A stretch of 64,000 nt of DNA from Bugula neritina. Lineage: Eukaryota; Animalia; Bryozoa. Where the stretch lies: NCBI GenBank assembly GCA_964035545.1, contig OZ037766.1, positions 19,766,767-19,830,766 of the forward strand, in the 5' to 3' direction. The translations under genes and the position numbers were made by a program. Positions 38,973-63,647 of the stretch are shown in pieces. Each line of letters begins with the position of its first letter. The first letter of the stretch is position 1. The notes below the pieces were generated by a model that saw only the letters and a program-made list of their open reading frames with translations, did not search any database and was not told the origin of the DNA.

Positions 38973-40869
38973 AAGATGTATGTGCCATTGATTGCTGTTA
39001 GCGCTTTTGAAAAAGAAACCAATTTGATCTTTCTTAGCAAGAAGCAATAACTTTTTAACTATAAATTTATAAAAACAACGATGTATTATGAACATTTAAC
39101 AGTGGTGCAAATTTTCTGGTAAAACTGGCCATTAGTAAATTGCATCATGGATAAAATACAGACTGCTACTGCAACAGCAAGAGAGAAAAACAAATATTTG
39201 GCAATTCTTTCCTAAACTACAACAATACTATGGTGACAACAAGTGCAGCTTCAAAAACAAGCAGTTACTTTTTATATCATTAGTTAGTTAAATTATTCAT
39301 AATATTTGTCTTTTTAAATTTGTCGTTCAGTAATTAAAATATTTATTTGGCTATATATGGGCTGTGATGAAACTGAATTAAAAGTTATTTACAGATAGCC
39401 TACCTTTTTTGTTTTAAAAATATAGTTGCTCTACAGTAAATTACTAATTAGTGTGCCTATCTCAGCTCTAGAGTGACTAAAAGCAATAAAATAGAGTCAT
39501 CATATGAACTAGTATACTGTAAGAGTAATAAAAGCAAGTATATTTTGCAAATATTATCATACATACCTTATTATGCAGATACTATAATTTGTGTTTATAT
39601 TATCATGTAAGTTGTCTACTCCCCAGCATGAGTTCAAACTTTTTAAAATAGAGGCTTGTAAATTTTCAAGTATATGCATTCTACTTCAAAACTAAAAGTC
39701 TTCTGGGCTGTATTGTTAAAAGGAACTATGAAAAACCTTTTCTATGGTTTATAGATGCTTTGACACCAGATCTCAAGGACCTCTATGTAGTATTCAATTC
39801 CCCAACATATTTTAGGAGGATCTAAGTTTTTCTTAGATGAAAATAAAAAAACCTAATTTCAGACAATCAGTACAATGGATGACATGTGGTTGTGATAACA
39901 ATATATTATTACATTGACAGCTATTATTATAATTTCTAAATTTAATATTATTGTTTATAAGCCACTTCAATGTCATCATATTGTATTGTAGAGGTTAGTG
40001 ATGGACAAATAACTAATGTAATATATGCATACTTTGATTACTTATAGTCATTGTCAGCAAGAAAAACATTAATATAAACATTGTTAGTATTCACATTCGA
40101 ACGAAATTCGTCAAAGTGTAGCCAAGGTCAGATAACTTGAGTGTTGTGGCAATATCTTATTATTCCTAAATATGCATTCATTGTATATTTATATATAAAT
40201 AACATAAATACATCATCAGAATATTTGCAATACATAAAAACTCCCACATACATTACTTCCTTGTGACCATCAGCTATTACGCAGCACAATAAAAAATATT
40301 GGCATTTGTACTTCATATGTCTATTAGTACAAATGCCATTTGAAATATTTTGCTTATGGTTATATTATGTTATTATATATAGCAATAAATAACATGCTTT
40401 GTTTGCTTAAAGTAATCTCAATTAATTAGCAAGTAAGACTTATAATAACAAGCTCATATTTATATATTGGAACTTGCTATGAAGATCTGAGAGTGATTAG
40501 TAATCAAGCATGAATTTATACTTTACTTCAAGGTCATCATACTTCAGCACATATTTTAACAATAGTTATCTTAATTAATGTGATTTATTATTGACAAATT
40601 TTATGTAAACTAGAAACAGATAAAAGATAGTGTAATATGCTTAATAATATTCCAAATTCATGTAAAATACAGTATAGTGTATTGGTTATTGTAATTAAAT
40701 TGAAAACCATTAAAAAAAATCATTGTTTTGCATATTGGAATAGTTGCAAAATTGATGTAATCACTTTGTTACTGCAATCACTGTTGCTAAAGCAGAAGCA
40801 GTATCTGACTTTCTGGTAACATTTTAAAGTAAAGTTTCACATCAAAATTACGAACTTGGGTGACAAATT

Positions 40870-42991
40870 TTAGTTATATGCTGATTCACCGAGACTGTTG
40901 ACTGTATGCATTTGCATTCTCTGAAACGGAAGAACTCTCATATGAAAGTTTTTAGTAGCTCTCTCTGCTTGATGGTAAGAAAGCGACGATAGCTCTTCTT
41001 TTCTGACACGCCCACAGAGCATTCTGGCGCAATTGTTTAGTCCACCATTGTTGGCAAAGTTGAGTAGAAGTACTGAAGCTCCACTAAGAAGGAGCAAGCC
41101 CATGCATATTCCAACACCAAGCACCAGTCCCATATAGTTGGGCAAGTTATCTGCGTCACCTCCTACAGTACATCACTCAATAAATTAAATAACAAAATAA
41201 AGAGAAACCCGTTATGTAAGTCTATCTGCTTGATAAATATCAGCAGCAACTTTGTGCTATGATGAAGCAAAACTGAAATAAAATATTTTCTGAAAATTAA
41301 AAATATCGAAGTGATATTTTGTATTATCAATTACAAAACGATAATTTCTTCAAAAATTATTTTAGATATTTTATCCAAAATGTTAAACTACTTAAAAAAT
41401 TCTTTGGAAGTGTTACAATTTGATGTGTATATTGCAGAGAATGTGCAACTGGCGTAGGGTATGGATGTTATATTACCCTAATTATGTACAAGTGCAGCAA
41501 AAATAGCATTATATTATATTCTATATAGACCTGCTCAATTTAACAGGGAAACTGCAGCTTCTAACCATTTATTTATTATGATTCTAGAACATGCCAGCTT
41601 TGCCTACATTTATGATAGTATATTATTACTCCATATACTTACGATACTGCTGCACACCTGCTTGCAGATTTGTATTAGGATATCACAGTTTACATATAAT
41701 GTATGCATGCCTAATAATTAGCAGACTTTTTATCTATAATACAAACTATTAAAACATATAAGCTCTACAAAGCAGTCAGTCAAAATCTGCATGAAATAAC
41801 ATCCAAAGTTTCAGCTGTTTTAAATAATCTTTCATTGAAGTTATCATTATGGTGCGAATGTTAGCCTAGGGCCACACTGTGCGTATTTTCGCACGCGAAA
41901 ATTGAAATCACAAGTAGCAAAGGTGTCCACTGTACGCGTTGAGAAAACATTCGCACTTGTCGCTCAGCATTCTCAACGCAAGTGCGAATCGTCTCTGTCG
42001 TCGTCACCTAATTGGCTGGTAGTTATTCAGCGAGCCCAATTTCTTTATTTTAGTGCTACATTCCAGCAAATTGCGTTTTATTGAAAGCGAGTGCGATTTA
42101 AAAATGAAAGCTTTATTTATCATGCATCACTGACGCTACAGTGGACACCTTTGCTACCCGCGGTTTCAATTTTCAATTTTCGCATGCGAAAATATGCACA
42201 GTGTGGCCCTAGGCTTAGCAGCTAAAATCACGGTAGGCCTCATATTATGTGGCTATAAGCATATAAGATTACATGGCCTCTCAACATAGTTCCCTTAAAT
42301 TTCTGTTTTTGTTTTTAAATAGTAACTAATGAGTATACATTCTGCTGTATATACTATAAGAAAGTCATCAGCTATCAAGGTTCATAAATTATTCAATTTA
42401 ATATCTATCTTTCATGTTTACAATATTATATATAAACTATATGATTACCTTGAGCAGCTAGTCTGTTGCTTGGCTTAGAAGTGGCAAATTCACTTTCACT
42501 GGTTCCTTTCTTTTTGTGATCAATTATTGTCAACCTAATACTTGTTGCCTCTTGCCATGACATGTCGGAGTTATTTACTTGTGGTACACATTTGTATATT
42601 CCAGAATGATTCATTGATATGTTTTCTATCATAATCTCCGAAGTGCCATTAAATGCAGCAACTCGTTTGTATTGATTGTTTGCACCCAATTTATACCAGT
42701 TTATAGGCATATCAGCATCATAATCAGTGCAGACTAGTCTGACGGTTGTACCTACTAGTGCTCTCTTCTCTATTAGTTGAGCTGCTGGTACGGTAGACTT
42801 AGTGAGTACATCAATAGTCCCTGCTGCTAAAGTACCCTCATCAGTTGATATGGAAGATGTAGGAGTGTTTAGGGTGGTCAACACTGTAGAATTCACTAAT
42901 GTTTTAGTGGTTGAAGAGTGTTTGTAAGCTGTATTTTCTTGTGTAGTCAATCTTTGTGGCATACACTCAGCTTGCCATAGCAGAAGGCAAA
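40870..42991 (-). CDS. Single Ig-domain type I membrane protein (first exon(s) not located)
   Basis: Exon 42991-42449: probable signal-peptide end (CLLLWQAEC), Thr-rich segment, Ig motifs GTTVRLVC...INWYK...IMIENISMNHSGIYKC. Exon 41162-40870: TM helix GLVLGVGICMGLLLLSGASVLLL and a cytoplasmic tail. The phase-1 junction is consistent. Confidence 0.85.
41864..42214. mobile_element. MITE with long TIRs and TTA TSD (PIF/Harbinger-like)
   Basis: TTA|GCCTAGGGCCACACTGTGCGTATTTTCGCA ... TGCGAAAATATGCACAGTGTGGCCCTAGGC|TTA, in the last intron of the Ig gene. Confidence 0.9.
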
Positions 42992-45900
42992 CTGTAATAA
43001 TTTGTACAAATTAGCAACAATTCAAACTATATAAACACATTCAATATAAAATATTTCGAGCTTTTATTTTGCTTTATGGAAAGCTTGAAACCTTTTCAAC
43101 TGTTCTTTTGCTAATTTGTACTTATTATTACTTATGAAAAGTAGGATGGTAAATTACTACTATATTTTATTGAGTCAATCAATTCAGCACTAGAAATCTT
43201 GTTTGCTGATGTAAATCAACACCTGTGTGGGTTTGCATTCTATAACGCCAAAATTGCTTGTACATCTTAGAAAGTAAACTAGTGCATAATTATGTAATAA
43301 AAATAGTCTTATAGCCTCAGCTGATCAAGCTAAATTAAACCTGATCTTTATGCTAAGATCACTCTACGAACCATAAAATTTAAGGTATATAAAATATAAT
43401 TGTTTTAACAAGTACATGATATAAAATATAATTGTTTTAACAAATAATATTAACAACTGTGTTATGATTAGACTAATAATTGACCACAACTTTTGCTAAT
43501 GCTATAAAATGGCTAACCATAGACATGATCTCCCCCAGCCAACATATGTCAGCAAACTTATCTTATATATAAGCTGAACAAAGTCAAACCACAATATTTT
43601 CAAACTAAACCAAAATTTGTTTATTTCCTTATTATAGTAGTAGAATCTAGCCCAAAAACAGTATAACATCAACATACTAAATGCTATGGTATAGAGAGAA
43701 AAAGTGTCCTATGATCGCATAATGTCAGCTTTAATAAAATACCTTCTTCATGCTTTTTAAGAGCTTTCGTCTTTCAGCATTGCAGAATATATTTTCACAG
43801 AGTGTAAAGTTTATACAAGTTTCACACTTTGTAATAGTACAAAATAATGCTAAGTGATACAAAACTGTTGAGCGTATTCAATGAGAATTTGAAGCATTCT
43901 AGAGAAAAAACAATAAATTAAATGTTGTAGGACAATATCTTAACCAAATCTAAACCTAACAATATAAAATATGTTTGCAACACTCTTCACATATTATACA
44001 TGCATACATATAGCTGCTTACCATTTATTACTATCCATGGATGTAACTGATATCTGTTCTGCTGTGCTGTCATGCTGGTGGTGGCTAGTAGAGAGTTACA
44101 CACATACTGTCGTTTGCAGCAACAGAGTTTATTATTAATATTTACAAGTTGTCCTTTCAGCCTATCAGAATTCATAGTAAATTGTCACTCTGACATCAAT
44201 GATAGCAGCTATAGAGACATGCTAGATGTATGTGCAAACTGTTAGAAAAGGTTGGCAATAGTTTTACATTTATACCAGATTTAGTATTATTCGCAATTTT
44301 AGTTGACCAGCAAATTATGCAGTTTATAATTAATAATAACACAAGAATAGAGTAATAAAATACCTGCCGTATGCATGCAGTTCTCACGGTGACACTCCGT
44401 ACTGCTAACTGAACAATCCTTACTTGATAAGCTAGTGCTGCCAGATACAAACAATGCTGTTAGCCACAGGATCAATTAGTATAACATGTATATAATGTGC
44501 ACACTAATTATTGCATTCATCAGGTGCAAGTTCAGCTAGTATTATATTATAATAGTAGGGGATAATGATGCTTCTAGCATTATTAGATGGATTAGTGATG
44601 ATATGTAGTATTATGTTAACTTTATTGTGTAGCATTTTTATACCAATTATATTCTGGAAGCAGGCTATGGAAAGTGGTACTCAAGCTATACTCCCTGAAT
44701 ATTGTCAGTTCAGTATATAAGCAACATAGCCTTGTTTTGTCAACTACCCATTATAACCACTGGACAGGTAAACAATCACTATGAAAGTGACAACCTAGCG
44801 TAATAAGTCTAATGTGACAGCTAAATATTGTTATTGAATGAAAAAATTATCCTACAACTCCATATGCCTAGAGTTCTAATTATTATAAAAACCCTAAAGC
44901 ATGAATATAGAAGACTACAATAGATAATGTTAATAATCTGTAATCATGCTGATAGCCAAATCGATTCCAATGTGGCAATTTGCCAAACATTAAATGCAGT
45001 AAACATTGTAACTGTTTCACAAATTAATTATTTTTTATAATTTTTACAATAACTTTTTAGATGTGTGAATATTTACCCTGAGAAAAGTATTCATCATAGC
45101 ATATAATTAATTTTTCTATACCCAAAACTTCTTGATAGCTGGTTTTATTTACTTTTAGTCACCACTCTTGAATTGACTCAACACTTTAAGGCTATATTGA
45201 ACCTACAATGATATGCTATTTTAAAGTTTCAAAAGTAAAAAATATTATCGAGGTCTGTGATTTTCAGTAGAATAAGCTAAACTTAATTTTATTGAATTTA
45301 CTCATGTAAAAGAAAATAATTCGTAGGTACTTTTGCAACCATTCTTATTAAAAGGAACTTAACTTCAACTAATGTTGCCCTTCATTATAATCATGCCTAC
45401 AACTACTGCACTCTGTTTCTTCTATATGAATATAACTAGCATATTATTTTATATGCCTATAGATCTTACAATATAATAAAAACAGTCTGTAAATATGTTT
45501 TGGCATTTTCATCTCTTCTATTATATTATGCACAAAAAGTTGTATGCAACGAAACAAAGTCATATTACACACCTCTCTGCATCGGTTATGTAATATATTT
45601 TAGCATTTGTTAATAGAGTTAAAGAGGCTACTTTTAGTTACGTGTTCTTCTGCACCACAGTGTATCTCTTAAAAAATTGTGATCTACTAATTTTACTATT
45701 ATTGCAGAAACTATAAAATTTACATTCTTATATCATTCTAGTTATTTTATTGCTTGAATGACCTAAGAAAAGTAAATTTTGTGTAAATTGCTGTGGTTAA
45801 TCTTCTAATTTATAGTATAAACTTTTATTTGATTTGCAATGTTGATCAGCATTGGTAACTTATTTACAAATAGGGCTGCTGATTCATGCAGATAAAAATA

Positions 45901-47635
45901 TAAGATAGAAAAGTATTGCTAATGACTTTTTTGTGATGCTCATGTCATTATTACAAATTGTATTTCAAGTTATGAAATATTTGCTCTATAGCCTGTAGCA
46001 AAAACGGTCACATAATTTAAGTAGGGGTTTAAATAGTTACATAAAGCAGTACATGAATTTCTGGAAAAAGAACTGTGTTTAAGTGCTTGAAAAGTTTTAA
46101 ATTCTGTTACTGCTACAGACAGATTCATGGGCAGTTGGGTCAATGCATGAAGAGAACAGATTGAATTATAATGATTACAACAGTTGTCATGCTAATAACT
46201 AGGGAGGCTATTGATTTTAAGCTAATCAGTGTCCAATCTCACCATTGAGTATAACTAAAGTTAGGATGAGGCGAAGTCGATAGGCACCTTCCTTTTAGTT
46301 AGTAGCACCATATCAACTTCTGATGGGTGACTCAGCGAGATATAGACTCCTGCTGGGTCTTAAATCCTATAAATGGAAACATTCGACAATAATATATCAA
46401 TATAAGTAAATGTCATATTTAAGCTTATGTAGTATATTTCTAAATGGAATTTTAAAACTATTAATTATAAATACAATAGTGGCTATGGCTAGTTTTATGT
46501 GAAACATAAATATATAGCATAACTGAGTTTGGGCGGCAAATACATAAACCCTGTAAGTTTGACATCACCAGCTTCTGACACTTCTGTCTTACAGTTCAGT
46601 TCGAAGTTATATTTCCTTTGATACATGTGCAGCTATAATATACACGCTATTTGTATCTGTTACAGGGAAGGTGGTTGTGCAGACTCTGTATTTTCTTAGA
46701 AACAGCCTGATTTTTATTAAGATATTTTGCAAGTTTTTGAGAGCTGATTTGTTAGCTAAATTCCAGGGTAAACCTAGACTGCTAGTTTTATTTAAATTCA
46801 TCAAGCAGCATATAAGCAGCAGCATATAAGCAAAGGATGCCATATTGACCGGTTAACATGATTATAGATTTAGGTAATAATTATTAATTATTGCCACTAT
46901 AATAATTTCATTTATTCAAATAAGATAGAAACAAAATAATTGAGTGCTAAGCATCAGATCTCATAATTATTCTATCAGATTTTAATTTCACATATATAAT
47001 GCATCAACATATTAAAAAGCCAGTGAAAATCCAGAATTCACTATAATTTATATAATAATGTTTTGCCAGTCAAATACTTGGTTATCACGATATGTCTGTT
47101 TATACATGCATACGGGTCAGCTAAGCTGAAAATTATAAATAGATAGCATGTTGAGTTAGTGAATCTCCTAAAAATTGTTTCATAGAAAAGCTAAGTATTG
47201 TAATATGATTGACATTTTAATCCAATGTATGAGCCACTCATTGACACACCAAAGCTGATAGAAATTCTTATAGAATCAATATCTAATTTTGGTTAGCATG
47301 CAGTGGAGAATGTCTTATGATACATTTCCAGCTTGAAAATAATTATAACTGTTATTTTGTAAAACAGCATGATCATACATGAGTGCTTAAATACATAAAA
47401 AGTAAGTGGAATGTGCTTTAGTTATAAATTCTACCAAATAGATAACCTAAATTGTTTAGGGACGGGATAATTTTAGTTAAAAAGCAAACCCAAAACAACA
47501 TTTCAAACAAATACCTCTACAGTTAAAAAGTAAGAGAAATATCACCCTGATATGCAAGTTTCATGCAGTGTATTGAGCTTAAGTACTTATTACTAATTTG
47601 GGAGGGCAATAAATTTATATCAATATATTTTGATT

Positions 47636-47846
47636 CTCACACAAGTTTATAGTCACCATCCCTGTGAAAAAACCCCTGATGATAGGCGTTTTTGTTAAAC
47701 CAGCTAAAGACTTATTAAGATGGGGGCACAGGAGCAATTATGACTGCATGCTCTTCCTAACATCACTAATGGCCTTGTCAAGGTTCAAACCCATGATTCC
47801 TTGCTTACTAGGCAAAAGCTTTAACCCCCTAAACCACGGCTGCTCT
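47636..47846 (-). mobile_element. tRNA-derived SINE, copy 3
   Basis: Same family; accounts for the spurious ORF 47664-47855. Confidence 0.85.
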
Positions 47847-48860
47847 ACTATATGAATATTTGATTGTCATACTTATATTATTTTTATTAAAGTTGCGAAT
47901 AAACTATAGTAGGCTACTAGATAATATACTTCAGGATTTAATATGTTTAATAACGTCATAATATTCTTCCTACAACACTCTATAATTAAATATTACATGT
48001 ATTGAATAAAAATCAGTGTTCATATAATTATATGATAATTTCATCGGCCACCTGGTTTTGTCTAACAATTATTTAGAACACATTTTATTTTAAAACCTGT
48101 TATAGTATTAATTGCAAATGCAGTATTAGAAAAACCAACTGAAGTGAAAGTGTTAGTATTGAACCCTTTGTTAGATTTGTGCCATTTGCTACTAATCATA
48201 CTTATTAAATGCATTAATCATAAAATATTGTGATACGAGTTTAACAAATTCTTTATAAATGAGGCTATATAGCATTATAAATTATATTTTGCTTCATATC
48301 ACTCAGGTAACGGTACTTAACAAAAAACTTGGCAATATAATTTTAGAAAATGAACACAAAATTGCAAATTTTGCAATGAAGATGGTGCAATTTTGTTGAA
48401 ATACTGTAAACTCTAAATAACACAAAAATTACTTATTTTAGATTTAGATAATGTAAATTAGGAGAAATATTTTTATAATATATACAGGGATGGCGTCTAT
48501 AAACTTTCGTGAGTTTTTATCTTTATAATAGATTCCTCTAGTGACATACATTTTCAGAAACATTCTGTAAATCTTTAAAGCTTCCTCTAAAAGCCTCTAG
48601 GTTCTATTCATGTGATTTATTCAGGCATTTGCTGCATGTACCTAATTTCAAAACAATATTTCAAGTAAAATACCTTTAAATGCAGTAGCGCTTTTATAGG
48701 AGGTAGGATAACTCCTCAATAACAATTGTTTGAACACGACAAAATCCTGGTAACTGTTGACATTTTGATATAAATAATATTTTAGTAAAATGCAGTGCAA
48801 TTTATTATCACTATGAACTTTAACCCTCTGCTAAAATGAAGCGAACTTCAAGACTGGTTT

Positions 48861-48993
48861 TATAAGCAGCTCCGACTAGGGAGTAAAGGAGTGCAGTAGT
48901 TCAAAGCTCTCAAATTTTATGTTAGGGGTTTAATAGAGCCCCCAACTAAGTCGCTGCACTCGATTATTCGCTCCCAACTTGGAGCTGCTTATA
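48861..48993. repeat. Imperfect 133-bp inverted repeat / small MITE
   Basis: TATAAGCAGCTCC ... GGAGCTGCTTATA perfect ends, with further internal pairing (GAGTGCAG / CTGCACTC). Confidence 0.7.
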
Positions 48994-49941
48994 GAATCAT
49001 TTAAATTTTTATGCAAGAAACTAGCAGAAATGCCAAGATGTTAATGAAATATTGAACGGTAGATCAACAGAACCGCCGTTACACTTTTGTAGAAATATTT
49101 AGGAATAAACTACAGACAGCTATTTCCGTTTCGCCAGTACTGCGGGCTTGTAGCTGATGAAATCATTCATTCATTCATTCGTTATGATTACTTGGTCAAT
49201 CTGTAAAACATCATCATGGTGGTTGCTGTTCTGTAATTGCAGTAAAATTGCGCCAGATCATCGTCTTTGAAAATGTTTTCAAGTTTAGCTAGTAGTTAAG
49301 CTAAACCAGAAAATCACTAAAAGTAAAAATAAATCAAAATGCACAGCCTTGACTTTACAGTTTACTTTACAGTTTACTCTTTAGAGTTTAATACTTAGTC
49401 TTACACTTACTCTTACTGTCTTAGTCTTAGTCGTACAGTTACGCTATCAGTTATCAGTATCACACTATCAGTATCAGTAACACTATAAGTAGGACCATAT
49501 CAATATGAGTGTAAGTATAACTAAAATCAAAATGCTATAACATAACTATTACTATTACATTACTATTACTATTAGTATTAGTATTACTTACAAATTGAGA
49601 TACTAATACTAATACTAATAGTAATACTATTACTATTATTAGTATTAGATCTAGTATTGCAGTATTAGTATTACTATTGTGTATTACTATTAGTATTACA
49701 TTTACTAATACTGAGTAATAGTAATGCTATAACTAAGTATTAGTATAAATTAATTAAGAGTATTAATAATACTAATAGTAAGTAGTAGTAATACTAATAT
49801 TAATAGTTCAACTTAATCATAAAATCATGATGATAATCATAGTGTTGTTATGCTAAAATAGGTATTACTAGGCCTATTACTATTGGTATTACTATTAAAC
49901 GTACTTTTAGTATAACAATAGATATAGTTGAACTTAATCAT

Positions 49942-50816
49942 CTCTCTCTCTATTTGCTATCCCTCTATGTAGAGTATGATGTCTGCCTACAGCTGTTTGT
50001 AAGTAGCTTGATGACTTCTGAGTCCTATCAGTGATCTGCATATGCGGTCACAGCGGAAGCATTGAGGTCATCACTCAGTGTGTCTGTTGAGCTAAGCCTT
50101 CTTACGGCCAGCTCTAAGTTTGTCTCTGTGTCGCATTCTTTCTTCTTCAAAGGTTTGCATGCCTTTATGAACCATAGATCTCCATCTGGTCCTCCTTGCG
50201 GCATTCCATTCCCAGGTCTCTGTTCTGATGTGAGAGCGCTTCATACTGTCTTTGAGACAGTCTTTAAAACGCTTCCTCTGTCCTCCTTGCAATCTTTTAC
50301 CTATTTGTAGCTCCCCTTAAAGGATCTGTTTAGGAAGTCTGTGTCCTTTCATTCTCACTACATGTCCCGACCAACGAAGTCTGTTCTTGATGATGAGGCT
50401 TTCGAGGCTTGGAATCTTTGTTTGTTGGTATACGCTGTTATTAGTGTGCTTGTCAGTCCATTTGATGTCCAGTATTTCTTGCAATTTCCTCTTGTGGTAA
50501 TTTTCTAGCTTCTTTATGTCAGTACCGCAGGTAGCCCATGTCTCAGATGCATACAGAAGTGTTGGTATGATGACAGCCTTGTACACTTTCAGCTTTGTGG
50601 TTACCTGCAGGTTAGAGTTGTCAAAGACTCTCTGCCTCAGCTTGCTGTAAGCAATACTAGCAGCTTAAAGCCGTCTGTCGATTTCTCTCCCAAGAAGACA
50701 CAAGTTATCTGCCAACCAAAACTAGGAAAAAGTGTTGACCCTCCCACTATCGATGCTGGGGGTGAAACATTGTGCCCTGTTGACGATTTTGTGTACTTAG
50801 GAAGCAACCTGTCATC
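49942..50816 (-). mobile_element. 5'-truncated RTE-clade LINE with inverted 5' segment
   Basis: - strand: REIDRRL*AASIAYSKLRQRVF...KLKVYKAVIIPTLLYASETW...RLRWSGHVVRM...LPKQIL...GGQRKRFKD, ending in a (GA)n tail. + strand 50692-50816: KKTQVICQP...VDDFVYLGSNLS. TSD ACTTAATCAT at 49932-49941 and 50817-50826. Confidence 0.92.
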
Positions 50817-51712
50817 ACTTAATCATAATGCTATACTTATAGTTAGTAGTTATAGTAAATGTAATAGTAATAATAACAGTAACACGAACATTAACTGTAA
50901 AGCTTTTACTAGATTTAATACCAGTAATCGTAGTAATAGTTATACCTATGCTCATTCTTACTGTTATAGCCTATATGTATATGATGATACTAATAATAGT
51001 AAATAATACTGATACTGATGTTAACGTTAAGTTCAATATTTTGACTACCACAATTATCAAGCTTACCTGATAATAATAAGTTGATAAAATAAATGTAACT
51101 TGCGTTATTGTCAGCAATAGAATGACTGACAATTGTTACATTGTTTGTATTAGTCAATTGTATAAAATGACACAAGGGTCATGAAAGGTTTGTGAAGTGG
51201 AAGAATTTAATGAACCCAGTTCTAATTACATTTTTTGTTTAATATAAATGTTAGTCTAGACCAAAAATATTAATAATGGTTTTTATTTTCATACTAGAAG
51301 TTTAGAAGCATGTGACTTGAAGGGTTGTATTTATGCTTTTTGAGATTTTATTTGCCTGATGTAATAGAGCGATAGGACCAACTGTTTACTTGTGAGTTGA
51401 AGAATTCTTGTAATGCTAGTATTACTATTAGAGATTGTTTAATTATTTAATATGAAAAAGTCAATAATTGGTTATTGAACATTGTTGCCAGTCTTGGTAG
51501 ATATATGATACAAACCTTTGGTTATAGTTAGGTGAGTCTTTTTTATTTAGTAAATTTATAGAAGTGATTTCATAAGATTTTACTTTTAAATTGTACAAAA
51601 GCTTACAGTAGATCAGTAGATGTGTAAAATCTACAAATCTATTGCTCTGGGAGTTTGTAAAACCTACATTTCAATCTGTCGCAATTACATTTGAATTTTA
51701 GGAGAACTCAGA

Positions 51713-62472
<10,760 letters not shown>

Positions 62473-63477
62473 CTAAGCTGTCCATGTGTGAAAGTAGACT
62501 GAGATTTCATGCCAGCCAAAGATTTCATGCTATTTAAATATGGTATCATGTTGCAATGTCATTTTATACAAGAAATTTTGAAATGCAATTGACTTTTTAA
62601 ATTCAATTGTTTTTTACTATCATTAATAAACTGCGAAGGAAACTTTGACCCATTATTTAGCTACAACAACTTGTTTAAGGAATTTCAGATAGAAGAAGTA
62701 TTGGTATAATTGTTGTTATTTAGGTAATAATTTCTTGAAAGTTGTAAATAAGTTTTCATAATGTGTCAATTGCAACAATGTATCAATCATGATGTAGTTT
62801 AAAAATTGATACAAGTAAGCCATAATTGCCAAATATTAAAAAATTGGTTTTTCCGAGGTTTTGTAGAATTATGAGAAAAGGTAATTTGCTTTCATCAGTT
62901 GGAACTTGTGAGTTAATTGAAACTAAATTTTATGAAGCAGGAATAGAAAGTGCATGCTAAATAAATGGTCAGACAATTACGATTACAAATAAATTGCTTA
63001 CAGCTGGAAAACCTGCAAGTAATGCAATGCAGTCAATCATTTCAATTACTATGTCATTCAATGTAATAATAGTTTATTTCAATAAAAGATATTTTGCTAG
63101 ACATATGCAATAATAATCTTTGCCCAGTAGATCAGGATGCTCTGAATACATCCTGTACATATTCAAGTTACTGTTAGCTGTGCACACACATTCTGTGTGG
63201 TAATAAATATGCATGTATACATATTATGTGTAATTACAGTAATCATAAGATACTATAATGTGAACATCTAGCTCTTCAATATAGAGGATACTGACCACTT
63301 TTTACTGTAAAACAGTATTTAACAGCCTTTAGCCATTTTTCATTTGCTCTAACTTCGTAGCCACGGATTTGGTTTTATCTATATGATATAGCTTTAGTGT
63401 CACTGTCACAACTATTCCTAATTTTCCTTCTGATGCTACTAAGTACATTGTAGAATGTAGATCTGAAAGTTGTCTTC

Positions 63478-63647
63478 TTATGGGAAGACAACTTCATCAT
63501 AATATTTCTCTTCAATGTCTTCCAATGTTATCCGATGGTCTATCACTTTTTCAAACACACATACTCCATCATCTAGCCCATCTTTACCAATAGCACTCTT
63601 CACTGTTTTAAATGAAGCCCGCCATCTTCGTAACTCCATCTGGATTT
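63478..63647 (-). CDS. Probable terminal exon of an unidentified gene convergent with AARS1
   Basis: TTTTAG acceptor followed by the open frame IQMELRRWRASFKTVKSAIGKDGLDDGVCVFEKVIDHRITLEDIEEKYYDEVVFP*; coding-like composition. Confidence 0.55.

Noticed and set aside
38657-39050. Thr-rich, Leu-rich, Val/Cys-rich and Ser-rich ORFs
   Set aside because: All arise from one microsatellite that is open in several frames; there is no supporting exon context.
43740-46850. Candidate first coding exons for the Ig gene (around 43.75, 44.36 and 46.3 kb, and ORF 46607-46843)
   Set aside because: None gave an unambiguous ATG, signal peptide and phase-1 donor together.
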